A DNA stretch of 64,000 bases, taken from a phage. Position 1 is the stretch's first letter. Each line of letters starts with the position of its first letter. Positions 44,722 through 54,093 of this stretch are shown here, one piece after another. Both the position numbers and the translations under genes were made by a program. The notes below the pieces were generated by a model. That model was not told the origin of the DNA. It worked only from the letters and a program-made list of their open reading frames with translations, and did not search any database. The stretch lies in sequence record PZ534515.1. The stretch is one strand, 5' to 3'.

Positions 44722-45831
44722 ATGACTACTAAAACTAAAGCACAGATTGACGCAGAAATTTACAAACTGGTTAAAGAAGGTAAGCTGACTAAAACAGCTA
44801 TTGCACAGAAGTTCAATACTTCAACCCGTTCAGTTGGTCGTGCTGTAGAGCGTCATGAAGCAACCTTAAAAGGCAAGAAAAAGGTAGCTTCGACACCAGC
44901 TAAGAAGACTTTGAAGCAAGTTGCTAAGACCTTTAAAAAGAAAGCTGACAAACCAGTTGAAAAGGTCGTTAAAGAGTCTGTACAGAAAGCTCCAGTAAAT
45001 AAACTGCATGAAGCTATGCAGAAAGATGACAAGATTGAATACATGATTACTGGTGACTCTGTAATTATGACTTATGGTTCAGAATCTGAAATTGTTGAGT
45101 CTACTCATCCGAACTATCAAGAGATTGTAGTTCATGTTGTGAAAGGTGAGTTCAAGAAAGCCTTTGAACTGATGAATATTCGTAAGTCTATCGAAAACTT
45201 CACTCAGGGTGCTATCACAATCAAAGGTGACAAGTTATTCTACGGTGCTGTTGAGATGCGTTCTACTCTGGTTGACCGTATTCTTCACATGATGAAGACT
45301 GGGGATAAAGGTTTTGAACGACTTGTAATGTTCTTCGAAAAACTGATGGAAAATCCATCTAAAGATTCTGTAGAACAACTTTGGGGATTTGTATCTCACC
45401 TTGATGTTGAAATTGATGAAGAGGGTTACATCATTGGTTGGAAGAAAGTCTCTACTCGTGAAGGCAAGCTGGTTGACTCACACACCTACAAAGTGCCTAA
45501 TGATTTGGGTAACATTGTAGAAATGCCACGTTGGATGGTTGATAATAACCGTAACGTAACTTGCTCTCAAGGTCTTCATGTTGGTGCTTGGGATTATGTT
45601 CGTTGCTTCTCAGGAGATACAATCCTGAAGGTTCGTGTCCATCCACGAGATGTTGTATCTGTTCCGACTGATTACAACGATATGAAGATGCGTTCATCCC
45701 GTTATGAAGTTGCAGCAATCGTTGATAATCAACGTAAAGTTCTGAAAGCATGGGATGGTAAGACTGAAGCTTTGCATGTCATCGTTGGTACTGCTGGGGA
45801 ACTCATCTCTCAACGTAAACGTGAAATCTAA
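44722..45831 (+). CDS. rIIB: rIIB-like protein
   Basis: 369 aa, immediately downstream of the rIIA-like gene; call by synteny and size only. Confidence 0.45.
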   Translation: MTTKTKAQIDAEIYKLVKEGKLTKTAIAQKFNTSTRSVGRAVERHEATLKGKKKVASTPAKKTLKQVAKTFKKKADKPVEKVVKESVQKAPVNKLHEAMQKDDKIEYMITGDSVIMTYGSESEIVESTHPNYQEIVVHVVKGEFKKAFELMNIRKSIENFTQGAITIKGDKLFYGAVEMRSTLVDRILHMMKTGDKGFERLVMFFEKLMENPSKDSVEQLWGFVSHLDVEIDEEGYIIGWKKVSTREGKLVDSHTYKVPNDLGNIVEMPRWMVDNNRNVTCSQGLHVGAWDYVRCFSGDTILKVRVHPRDVVSVPTDYNDMKMRSSRYEVAAIVDNQRKVLKAWDGKTEALHVIVGTAGELISQRKREI

Positions 45832-45848
45832 TAAGTAATTTCTTAAAA

Positions 45849-45870
45849 GGCTGCTTCGGCGGCCTTTTTT
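45849..45870 (+). terminator. intrinsic terminator
   Basis: ggctgc-ttcg-gcggcc then tttttt. Confidence 0.55.
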
Positions 45871-45931
45871 ATTTGTATTTTGTGCAGAGTGCTGTATAAT
45901 TGTGGTCACGATAAACTAAACAGGAGAACCA

Positions 45932-46480
45932 ATGAAGAAGTTGATTCTAGGTTTGTGCTTAATGTTTACAGCACACTTATCTTATGCAGTTGACTGCCCA
46001 GAGCTATCAATTAGCCAAAAAGTAAACATGTTAAAAGCTTACCAGTATGGTGAGAATAATATGGGTAAAGGTTGGGGTATCACTCTAGCTGCTATAGCCT
46101 TACAAGAGTCAGAGTTAGGTCTGAATGTAGAGAATAAAAAGACACATGATTATGGTATCTTCCAGAATCACTTGAAGACTGTTGTAAAGCGTAACAAAAT
46201 CAGTCCTAATGTGGCTAAAAAGAAACTCTTAAAAGATTTTGACTATGCTGCAAAGGAAACACACAAAGAGCTTGAGTTTTGGACGAAGGTACATGGTCAA
46301 CCAAAGTCAAAGAAGACTTTACAAAAAGTTTTAGCATCATATAATGCTGGGTATTCGTACAAAATTCCTAAAGCTAAGAAATACTCTCAAGATGTCTATA
46401 ACAATATGAAAGTCATCGCTCAATGTGAATTTGCAACAAACATTTCTAAGGTAAATCATGAAAAAATTAAGAAAGTCTGA
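45932..46480 (+). CDS. secreted lytic transglycosylase-like protein
   Basis: Signal peptide MKKLILGLCLMFTAHLSYA; ES...YGIFQ motif reminiscent of the SLT catalytic region. Confidence 0.4.
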   Translation: MKKLILGLCLMFTAHLSYAVDCPELSISQKVNMLKAYQYGENNMGKGWGITLAAIALQESELGLNVENKKTHDYGIFQNHLKTVVKRNKISPNVAKKKLLKDFDYAAKETHKELEFWTKVHGQPKSKKTLQKVLASYNAGYSYKIPKAKKYSQDVYNNMKVIAQCEFATNISKVNHEKIKKV

Positions 46481-47153
46481 TGAAGTACTGTGTCATGCTT
46501 ACGACTTGCATCCTCATGAGTTAGGTCTTGATTCCTGTATATGGACTCCAGAACAGTGCAGGGATTTTGAAGACACTGCAAGAGAAGTTGTATGTTCACT
46601 TGAAGAGTTCCACACGTCAGAACCAGTTGTGAACGTTGTGGACAAAGAGACTGGACAATCTCTAGGTGTAAGACGTGACAGTTTAGTCATAGTCAATAAA
46701 GACCTTGTAGAAAAAGGTAACCTCATCTTAGCAGATATTGATGGTGTTCTTACAAATTTTAATCACGAAGATTGCTCAACGGAATTGACTGATGGGTCAT
46801 TCTCACAGTACACTAATCTTCTTGACTCTGTAAGAGCAAAACCAACGTATGTTTTTAGTATTATTGATGCAATTGCTAATCATGCTGCCATTGGACTCTT
46901 GACAGCGAGAGGTGAATCTCAGAGAATACCTACTGAGATGTTTTTAAGGCATAACATAGAGCACGATTACATGCTTTTTATGCGTGGTTTTGGAACTAAC
47001 TCTATAAATGCAGAAAGTTTGAAAGTTAGGATGATTCAGTCTTGCATTCTTCCTTACTTTGATATAGTATGTTTTATAGAAGATACAGAGAATAATGTTC
47101 AGAAGGTAAACAGAATCCTTCCGCACATTAAAACTATGTTAGTAAAACATTGA
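46458..47153 (+). CDS. HAD-like hydrolase (putative phosphatase/nucleotidase)
   Basis: DIDGVLT resembles HAD motif I; start uncertain. Confidence 0.35.
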   Translation: MKKLRKSDEVLCHAYDLHPHELGLDSCIWTPEQCRDFEDTAREVVCSLEEFHTSEPVVNVVDKETGQSLGVRRDSLVIVNKDLVEKGNLILADIDGVLTNFNHEDCSTELTDGSFSQYTNLLDSVRAKPTYVFSIIDAIANHAAIGLLTARGESQRIPTEMFLRHNIEHDYMLFMRGFGTNSINAESLKVRMIQSCILPYFDIVCFIEDTENNVQKVNRILPHIKTMLVKH

Positions 47154-47163
47154 GAGAAAACTT

Positions 47164-47628
47164 ATGAACAATATCATTACGGTAGCACTGGACGTTACGG
47201 CAAACAAATCTGAAGTAGTTCGTAACATTATCAAAAGCAACTTTGAGGGTAAAATCTTCCGTGCTGTCAATGTAAAAGCAGATGGTAACATCCGAGAATA
47301 CCGTGCTCTTCTGAATGTTAAGAAACACGTCAAAGGTGCTGGTTCAACGACTGCACACAAAGAAAACCTGATAACTATCTATGATATGGGTATGGCTTCA
47401 GAGTTAGGTGCTGAAGGTATCGTTAAAGAAGGTGCTCCGTATCGCTCTTTCAATCTGGAAACTGCTCTTATGCTTTCCTTTACAAGTGGTTCTAAAACAA
47501 CTACTTATCTCTTTACTGATGCTGCAACGGTATCTGCTATCAAGGATAGCACCGTCAAAGCTGGGGTAGCTGCTGCTGCAAAAGCTTCTTCGATGGCTGC
47601 AAATGTCCTTGCTAAAGTCCTCGGTTAA
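47164..47628 (+). CDS. hypothetical protein
   Basis: 154 aa ORF, Ala-rich C-terminus. Confidence 0.5.
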   Translation: MNNIITVALDVTANKSEVVRNIIKSNFEGKIFRAVNVKADGNIREYRALLNVKKHVKGAGSTTAHKENLITIYDMGMASELGAEGIVKEGAPYRSFNLETALMLSFTSGSKTTTYLFTDAATVSAIKDSTVKAGVAAAAKASSMAANVLAKVLG

Positions 47629-47640
47629 GGTTAAGATACA

Positions 47641-47661
47641 GGCTCCTTCGGGAGCCTTTTT
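47641..47661 (+). terminator. intrinsic terminator
   Basis: ggctcc-ttcg-ggagcc then ttttt. Confidence 0.6.
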
Positions 47662-47680
47662 CATTTCAGGAGATTGTTAA

Positions 47681-48028
47681 ATGACATTTAAAGAGTTCTG
47701 TCAAGCTACTTTTATAATTGTTTTCTTAGTTGGGGCAGGTGTCTGGGGAGGATACTCTTACAGAGACTATCAAGTTGCTGAAGCTGAGCTAAACAATGAG
47801 AAACTAATAAGTGTTGCTAAAGATGCTTATCAGGAAGGTTTAGCCACACTCAGCACCAATTACAAAAATGATTTGAAAGATGTGCTTGCTAAGAATAAGC
47901 ATACAAAAGAGGTACTAACATATGAAAAAACTAAGCCAGAGTTTTATAATGTTTGTGTTACTGATAATTATGTCAGGGTGTTCAACGAACAAAGTGAACA
48001 GTACATTCAAAAACTCCCAAGTAAGTGA
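47681..48028 (+). CDS. i-spanin (Rz-like)
   Basis: N-terminal TM segment FIIVFLVGAGVWGG then periplasmic domain; overlaps the lipoprotein ORF in another frame. Confidence 0.5.
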   Translation: MTFKEFCQATFIIVFLVGAGVWGGYSYRDYQVAEAELNNEKLISVAKDAYQEGLATLSTNYKNDLKDVLAKNKHTKEVLTYEKTKPEFYNVCVTDNYVRVFNEQSEQYIQKLPSK

Positions 48029-48191
48029 GAGTGACAAGTACACTCAAGAAGAGTCAAGATTCACTGTCAAAGGTAATACTGGTAGTGATGTGGCAGCAGC
48101 CCTTGAGTTTTATCGTGATGGTTTTTACCAGTGCACAATCAAAGCTAATAACCTTATTGATATGATTTTATTAGGAAACAAACAGCAATGA
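47922..48191 (+). CDS. o-spanin (Rz1-like lipoprotein)
   Basis: Signal peptide with lipobox MSGC; start lies inside the i-spanin gene in a different frame. Confidence 0.55.
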   Translation: MKKLSQSFIMFVLLIIMSGCSTNKVNSTFKNSQVSESDKYTQEESRFTVKGNTGSDVAAALEFYRDGFYQCTIKANNLIDMILLGNKQQ

Positions 48192-48457
48192 CAGAGAATG
48201 AAGATACGTTCTATGTAGAAGGGTACTTACTGCTACCACGACCAAAAGAAACTTATATGCGGGTTGATTTCTCACCAACCATTATGGATAATGTGATGTG
48301 TCATATCTTTATGCAAGGTGTCACAGCACAACTTAAGCATGTTGGTAAAGAGTGCAAAATAAAGGTTGACACTCATCCAGAAATCAAAGAGAATCACTAC
48401 ACATGGTTCTTACCAGACTCTAAAGAAATCTTAGCAGTTCTTAAAACGAGGAAGTAA
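48188..48457 (+). CDS. hypothetical protein
   Basis: 89 aa ORF, ATGA overlap. Confidence 0.45.
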   Translation: MTENEDTFYVEGYLLLPRPKETYMRVDFSPTIMDNVMCHIFMQGVTAQLKHVGKECKIKVDTHPEIKENHYTWFLPDSKEILAVLKTRK

Positions 48458-48459
48458 CT

Positions 48460-48786
48460 ATGCAGATTAATGGAAGAGACTTTGTAGCCGTTTACTACGA
48501 GAAAGATAAAGAAGTTGGAGTAGCACAAGTATCTTATGGTAATGGTAAGTGGCTATATGGAACAATCGCAGTAGTCGGAACAAGAAGTGATACAAAAACT
48601 TTTAAAGATTGTGTTGACCTTCTTGAAGAATCCATCCACAATCATTGGTGTCTGATATGGATGACTGACAACGAAGTGATAGAACGCTTCAAAAAGATTG
48701 GTATCAACATTGATAGCATTGAGCATGTTGATTTATACGAGCTAACTGAGAAGGTAAACTATGAGAGTAATACTAGCCAGAGATAA
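48460..48786 (+). CDS. hypothetical protein
   Basis: 108 aa ORF. Confidence 0.45.
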   Translation: MQINGRDFVAVYYEKDKEVGVAQVSYGNGKWLYGTIAVVGTRSDTKTFKDCVDLLEESIHNHWCLIWMTDNEVIERFKKIGINIDSIEHVDLYELTEKVNYESNTSQR

Positions 48787-48988
48787 AAAGACACGGAAAC
48801 TTATCAGGTCAGCAGTGTTCATTGGACGAAATGAGGTCATACCATTTACAGCAAATGATGTGATAGCTTACCGGAAGAACTTAGTATTCACTGACTGTTT
48901 ACGTGGCTTCATCTCTGAACCATTGGAAGACTTTAAAAGTCGCTGTGGTAAAGGTATCATCATTCAAGAGGCAATTATTCATGGCTGA
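48761..48988 (+). CDS. hypothetical protein
   Basis: 75 aa ORF. Confidence 0.35.
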   Translation: MRVILARDKKTRKLIRSAVFIGRNEVIPFTANDVIAYRKNLVFTDCLRGFISEPLEDFKSRCGKGIIIQEAIIHG

Positions 48989-49181
48989 CTTCTGCAAAGA
49001 CTGTGCTATCGAAATGTTCGGACGTGATACAGGTGACTTAAAAGGTCTTATCACTGAAGATGACTTTAAAGCTGGCTATGCAATGCCAGTAATCTGTGAA
49101 GGTTGTGGATGTATCTGGGTAGACCACGAAGGACAACGTGTAAAACCTTCAGAAGATAAAGAATCTTGGGAGAGATGCTAA
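48981..49181 (+). CDS. small zinc-ribbon protein co-transcribed with macro-domain gene
   Basis: CKDC ... CEGCGC; ATG 48981 with caagagg RBS; stop overlaps macro gene start. Confidence 0.4.
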   Translation: MADFCKDCAIEMFGRDTGDLKGLITEDDFKAGYAMPVICEGCGCIWVDHEGQRVKPSEDKESWERC

Positions 49182-49967
49182 ATGGGTATTGTAAAAATCA
49201 TCAATGGGGATATCTTCTCCGCATTTGATAAAGGTAAGTTTGATATCATTGGTCACGGTTGCAACTGTATGAACTTAATGGGTGCGGGTATCGCTGACAA
49301 GATTTCTAAACTTTACCCAAAAGCATATGAGACCGATACAGAAGTTTATCTGTATACAGGTGGTATAGGCCACAAACCCTGTGAAAATTTACTAGGCAAC
49401 TTCTCTGTAGCACGTTTAAAACAAGGCCGTATAGCTAACCTTTACACTCAGCTTCACACTGGTAAAGATGCCAGATACAGTGCTTTAGAGTCATCTCTGA
49501 AACAGCTTAACAGATACTGTGAAGTTAATCAGTTGAAGAAAGTTGGTTTACCTATGATTGGTGCAGGTATCGGTGGACTTGACCCTCAAGCCGTCACCGT
49601 TATCATTAATCAGGTGATGAAGAGTGTAGATGTCTATCTATATGTCTACGAAGGAGAGATGTACCACAAGTTACGCTCAGGTTGGAAGAACTACTGTGAA
49701 CCAGAATACTTTGCAGGTGTAGTAGTGTTCACAGATAACACAGTTACCCTCTTCAGACGAAGAAAAGGTAAGGTACATCAAAGTAACCCTCCGGTTGAAA
49801 AGATGTCTCTAAGTAACGCTCTAGTTACCCACCTGTCGAAGAGCAATCACAGAATTGCAGTAACATTTGGCAGTGATGCAGATACATATATCTATGCAAG
49901 AAATGATGAGGATGTTGAGGAAATTTTCTCTTCACCGGAAGTTACCTTCTTAGACGCAAAGAACTAA
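49182..49967 (+). CDS. macro-domain protein (ADP-ribose binding/hydrolase)
   Basis: N-terminal IINGDIF...GHGCNCMNLMGAGIA matches the macro-domain Gly-rich ADP-ribose-binding region. Confidence 0.65.
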   Translation: MGIVKIINGDIFSAFDKGKFDIIGHGCNCMNLMGAGIADKISKLYPKAYETDTEVYLYTGGIGHKPCENLLGNFSVARLKQGRIANLYTQLHTGKDARYSALESSLKQLNRYCEVNQLKKVGLPMIGAGIGGLDPQAVTVIINQVMKSVDVYLYVYEGEMYHKLRSGWKNYCEPEYFAGVVVFTDNTVTLFRRRKGKVHQSNPPVEKMSLSNALVTHLSKSNHRIAVTFGSDADTYIYARNDEDVEEIFSSPEVTFLDAKN

Positions 49968-50040
49968 GAAACTCTGTAGAATATTCACAATAGACTAAGC
50001 CTTTCTTATCTGGTAAATTTTCAGGTAAGGAGGGCTTTTT

Positions 50041-50231
50041 CATTTTAGAATTGTGCAGGTAGAGTTCTGTAGAGAAATCTGTAGAGAGAATTTTGAACTC
50101 CAAAGAGAAAATTTATTTTCAAACTGTGCAGGTAATCTCCAAAGAGCTTTTTCATTTTCAAAACGTGCAGAACCCACTCAGGTCGGGCAAGAAAAATCAT
50201 TTTAGAATTGTGCAGGTAGGTGGGTGCAGGT
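50041..50231 (+). repeat. four direct copies of an approximately 21-bp motif (cattttagaattgtgcaggta)
   Basis: Copies at 50041..50061, 50114..50134, 50152..50171 (degenerate) and 50198..50218, plus nested ctgtagaga x2. Confidence 0.6.
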
Positions 50232-50394
50232 GGGAATGTCGCCATTTCTCACAAGGCTACCACATCTGGAAATAAAAGTCAACAGAAAAATTTGTAGCGG
50301 ATTGAAAAATAATTATTGATTGTAGTTCTGTTTTGTGGTAGTCGCGCGCACCCGTTTCATTACAATTCTTGCAAAAATATTTTTAAAATTCCTA

Positions 50395-50423
50395 TTGACT
50401 CTTTGAGTATGGTTATCTAATAT
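50395..50423 (+). promoter_or_regulatory. strong sigma70-like promoter heading the small-gene array
   Basis: TTGACT, 17-nt spacer, TAATAT; followed by hairpin gggcaagcaagccc and leader ctaaactggagaatccaaaATG. Confidence 0.55.
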
Positions 50424-50472
50424 TTGCATCAGACGGGCAAGCAAGCCCACTTCCTAAACTGGAGAATCCAAA

Positions 50473-50679
50473 ATGATGTACAGTCGCGAATTGATGGTTA
50501 CAACCAACGTTAACACAAAGGCAAAACGTTTTTATATGCAAGTGTGCGGCGCATGGCGTAGAATATCAGAAGCTGATTATTGCAACTATGTAGAAACGGC
50601 AATTAACTCTAATTGCTACCTAACAAAGAATACAAAGCGACATATAAAACAGACAGCGGTTTACTATTACGATATATAA
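50473..50679 (+). CDS. small early-type protein 1
   Basis: 68 aa ORF behind promoter and leader. Confidence 0.45.
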   Translation: MMYSRELMVTTNVNTKAKRFYMQVCGAWRRISEADYCNYVETAINSNCYLTKNTKRHIKQTAVYYYDI

Positions 50680-50767
50680 AAAGTACTTTACAAGGGGCTT
50701 AAAAGTTGATATCTTAAGCCCCAGATAAAGAGCTTTACTAACTTACCTTAAACTAGGAGATTCTAAA

Positions 50768-51148
50768 ATGGCTTATCGTGCACCGAAATTCATCAATAAA
50801 GACAACTTCCGCAACGCACTGGAGAAGTCACTTGATGAAAAATTTAACGGTAAATTGATTATTGTTCACGCATTCAATTTTAAGTATGATATTAATGGGA
50901 ATAAAATCAACCATTACACGGCAACCATGATAGATGGTACACTATCAAGTGAAAAAGCCGTACTGAATGCACTTGCTGGACGCGGTAAAAACCTGATAAA
51001 ATGTGATAAGCGACGTTATCAGGGTGGCGCATATGGTTATGATGATGCTGTTTACCATCTTGAAAACATGGGCTATTCAGTGGAAAAAGCTGGAGTGTCT
51101 CAAATAATCGGCAGTGACGGCTATGTGACAATTTTCAAAATTAACTAA
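50768..51148 (+). CDS. small early-type protein 2
   Basis: 126 aa ORF behind type A cassette. Confidence 0.5.
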   Translation: MAYRAPKFINKDNFRNALEKSLDEKFNGKLIIVHAFNFKYDINGNKINHYTATMIDGTLSSEKAVLNALAGRGKNLIKCDKRRYQGGAYGYDDAVYHLENMGYSVEKAGVSQIIGSDGYVTIFKIN

Positions 51149-51236
51149 TAAAGTACTTTACAGGGGGCTTATAGTTCGATAAAGTAAGCCCCAGATAAAG
51201 AGCTTTACCACTAAATCCTAAATTGGAGATTCAAAA

Positions 51237-51527
51237 ATGGCTATTATTAAAAACGTTGTAATTCCTGCAAAAACTCGTGATGACGCTCGCATCATGGCGA
51301 AAAAGTTAGGCGGGAAAGTGGTTGACAACGGAAAACAAACTGCTGTAAGGTGGAACGTGAAGGCGGATAAACAAATGAATTTAAAAAATTCACCAATAAA
51401 CTTTTTTACATGTGTAAACACTATCGGGAAAACGAATGTATACACTAAAAAGGCATATATCAGACGCATCGCCATGACGTCACCTATTCGCACAATGAGA
51501 AGTCATGCAAAGCTGAAAATTAAGTAA
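51237..51527 (+). CDS. small early-type protein 3
   Basis: 96 aa ORF behind type A cassette. Confidence 0.5.
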   Translation: MAIIKNVVIPAKTRDDARIMAKKLGGKVVDNGKQTAVRWNVKADKQMNLKNSPINFFTCVNTIGKTNVYTKKAYIRRIAMTSPIRTMRSHAKLKIK

Positions 51528-51617
51528 TAGAGTACTTTACAGGGGGCTTAAAAGCTGATATCTTAAGCCCCAGATAAAGAGCTTTACCACTCAATCCTTA
51601 AACTAGGAGATTCAAAA

Positions 51618-52130
51618 ATGAAAACTGTAGACGCTACCTTTGAAGTTGTAAAAGAAAAATTTTCCATCATTTACGAAGCTGTCAATTGCTACGAAGCAAG
51701 CCATAATCTTGATAATTGGAAGTTTACAGATGACCATCAAGGCGGTGTGACTATTAAAAACCCCAACTGTCAGCGTAATGGATTTAAATATGCAATTCCT
51801 TTACATTACAGCCTTAAACAGCTTTCAATTGACTATGCAAAACAAGGCCGGGAAAATCCATCGAAAGAGGCTTACATCAGCTTACAGAAAGAACTAGAAA
51901 GAGATTTAGAGGCTTCAGAATATAACATCGCCGCGAAAGTTGTAGATGCAAACGGTAGCACGGTTTTAGAGAGTTTTTATATTGGTTATGCTTTCGATTG
52001 GTGCTACAGTGACGGCGATGATTTAGATGACAGACTAAAAGAGGAAGTGAACAACGCAGACGCAGAATCTGAAGTATTAGAACGCTTGGAAGCATTAAAA
52101 GATTCAGTGATGAATATCTTTAAGAACTAA
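51618..52130 (+). CDS. small early-type protein 4
   Basis: 170 aa ORF behind type A cassette. Confidence 0.5.
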   Translation: MKTVDATFEVVKEKFSIIYEAVNCYEASHNLDNWKFTDDHQGGVTIKNPNCQRNGFKYAIPLHYSLKQLSIDYAKQGRENPSKEAYISLQKELERDLEASEYNIAAKVVDANGSTVLESFYIGYAFDWCYSDGDDLDDRLKEEVNNADAESEVLERLEALKDSVMNIFKN

Positions 52131-52222
52131 ATAGATTTCTTTACACGGGGCTAACAAGCTGGTAGGATAGCCCCAGATAAAGAGATTTATCAAATAAAGC
52201 CCTTAAACTAGGAGATTCAAAA

Positions 52223-52519
52223 ATGAAATTATCAAATCAAGTGCGTGAAAATCTAAGCAAATTACTCAATAAAATTGATTTTATCGAGACATCAAGAAAT
52301 AGTCATGATGTTATGGAATGGTTACACGGCAAAATAAAAGGCCGTCGCGTAGTAATTTGCTTATGGAATAGTTGCAGGGAGTATAAAAAGCCTGTATTGC
52401 AAATTAATGTTTATGATGATACTTTTAAAAGTCCTGTTAAATCTGAAAGTGATTTATTAGAAGCTTATGAGATAACTGTAAATGGTAAAGTATCACGCAG
52501 AGAGGTAACACCATGCTAA
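52223..52519 (+). CDS. small early-type protein 5
   Basis: 98 aa ORF behind type A cassette. Confidence 0.5.
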   Translation: MKLSNQVRENLSKLLNKIDFIETSRNSHDVMEWLHGKIKGRRVVICLWNSCREYKKPVLQINVYDDTFKSPVKSESDLLEAYEITVNGKVSRREVTPC

Positions 52520-52845
52520 TGATGGGCATCACTGCAATCATCGCCATTATAGCACTTTATAAGGCTTACAGCGCCTACAATCTGGCAAGTAAGGCAATCA
52601 CGCAACAGGTCAATAATAGCCTTGTAATGAGCTTTCTGGAGCGTTTAAGTGATGAGCAAATAAAGCGGCTAGAAATGAGCTTCAGATTCAAAGCGAAAAC
52701 CTATCAGATAAGTGATATCTTCAAAGATGATTTTCAGTTAGTCGATGATTATAATTCACTGATAAATGCTTTAAATATCAGTGACTTAAAAGACTACTAC
52801 GCTGTAATTGTTCAAGAATTGAGCAAACGAAAAAATTTCTCTTGA
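52513..52845 (+). CDS. small membrane protein 6
   Basis: 110 aa, N-terminal TM-like segment GITAIIAIIALY; translationally coupled. Confidence 0.45.
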   Translation: MLMMGITAIIAIIALYKAYSAYNLASKAITQQVNNSLVMSFLERLSDEQIKRLEMSFRFKAKTYQISDIFKDDFQLVDDYNSLINALNISDLKDYYAVIVQELSKRKNFS

Positions 52846-52932
52846 TTTTGGTTTTTAAAACAAGTAAATTACTAATCAACGGGAGGGATGACCTCCCCAC
52901 TAAGTAAAGTCCTTAAACTAGGAGATTAGAAA

Positions 52933-53205
52933 ATGTATACTACTAACAACGGTCGTACTCTAAATGTAACTTTGCGCCACTATGTGAACGGTGTAATGCA
53001 CTTCGAGGATTTACAAGCCGAACAACATATCTTAGATTGGCAACTTGCAGGACTCCAAAAAACTGCTACAGGATACGGGAAAAAGATTCCAACCAGTTGG
53101 AAAGTATACTACGAAGGCCGTTTGCGCAGAATTTATCAAGATGTGCATAGCAATAGCGCAACAAGTTACATCATGGTAAAAGGCAAAAAGCTGCATTTAG
53201 TATAA
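52933..53205 (+). CDS. small early-type protein 7
   Basis: 90 aa ORF behind type B cassette. Confidence 0.5.
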   Translation: MYTTNNGRTLNVTLRHYVNGVMHFEDLQAEQHILDWQLAGLQKTATGYGKKIPTSWKVYYEGRLRRIYQDVHSNSATSYIMVKGKKLHLV

Positions 53206-53291
53206 AGTACTTTACAAGGGGCTTATAGTTCGATAAAGTAAGCCCCAGATAAAGAGCTTTACCACTAAATCCTAAATTGGAGAACTTAAAA

Positions 53292-53696
53292 ATGGCTATT
53301 AATAATCGCGAGTTATCAATCTTAAAAGCACGTTTGACCGTTAACCGGATTAATGTTATTACGTCATCAGCACCGGACGAAACATTGCACAACATTATTG
53401 GGAAGATTCAAAGCGTTATCTTAGACGTTGAAAACGTAAAAAACTCATTGGCTGACGTTGCAGCAGGTATCACGCTAGACGGTGCACAATATGAAATGAC
53501 CGACATGTTAGGCAAATCTAAGGTAATGAATAAAGAGCTTGATTTGAAAATGTTTCGATTTGCTGTTAAAGTGTGGCTATCTGTCGAGTATGACGCTAAT
53601 TTTGCAATCGCTGACTTTTTCGCAACATGGTTGCAACGTAACTTAACAAATCACGATTTTCGTAATATCTGTGATGCAATTTACGCAGAACTATAA
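53292..53696 (+). CDS. small early-type protein 8
   Basis: Start at the ATG that follows the conserved leader (track start 53277 lies within the leader). Confidence 0.5.
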   Translation: MAINNRELSILKARLTVNRINVITSSAPDETLHNIIGKIQSVILDVENVKNSLADVAAGITLDGAQYEMTDMLGKSKVMNKELDLKMFRFAVKVWLSVEYDANFAIADFFATWLQRNLTNHDFRNICDAIYAEL

Positions 53697-53797
53697 AAAT
53701 TTTTGTTGACACTGGTTTTCAGATAGATTAAATTACACATCAACGGGGCTGGAATGACCTTCCCCACTAAATAAAGTCCTAAACTGGAGATTCAAAA

Positions 53798-54001
53798 ATG
53801 GCTATTATTAACGGTTTAACCATTGAAACTACACACATCAAAGATATTAAAGTTGGTGATGTAGTCCTTTCCCACGGCGTAGAGAAAACTGTTACTGCAA
53901 AGGATATCAAAGAGGATTCTTTCATGGGTAGGACTCTCTTCGGTGATTCTTATTGCTTAGGTTATCTTGCAGTTTTAAAAGTTGTCAAAAATAACCGATA
54001 A
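53798..54001 (+). CDS. small early-type protein 9
   Basis: 67 aa ORF behind type B cassette with TTGACA-17-TAAATT promoter at 53705. Confidence 0.5.
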   Translation: MAIINGLTIETTHIKDIKVGDVVLSHGVEKTVTAKDIKEDSFMGRTLFGDSYCLGYLAVLKVVKNNR

Positions 54002-54093
54002 AGTACTTTACAAGGGGCTTAAAAGTTGATATCTTAAGCCCCAGATAAAGAGCTTTACCACTAAATCAAGTCCTTAAACTAGGAGATTCAAAA

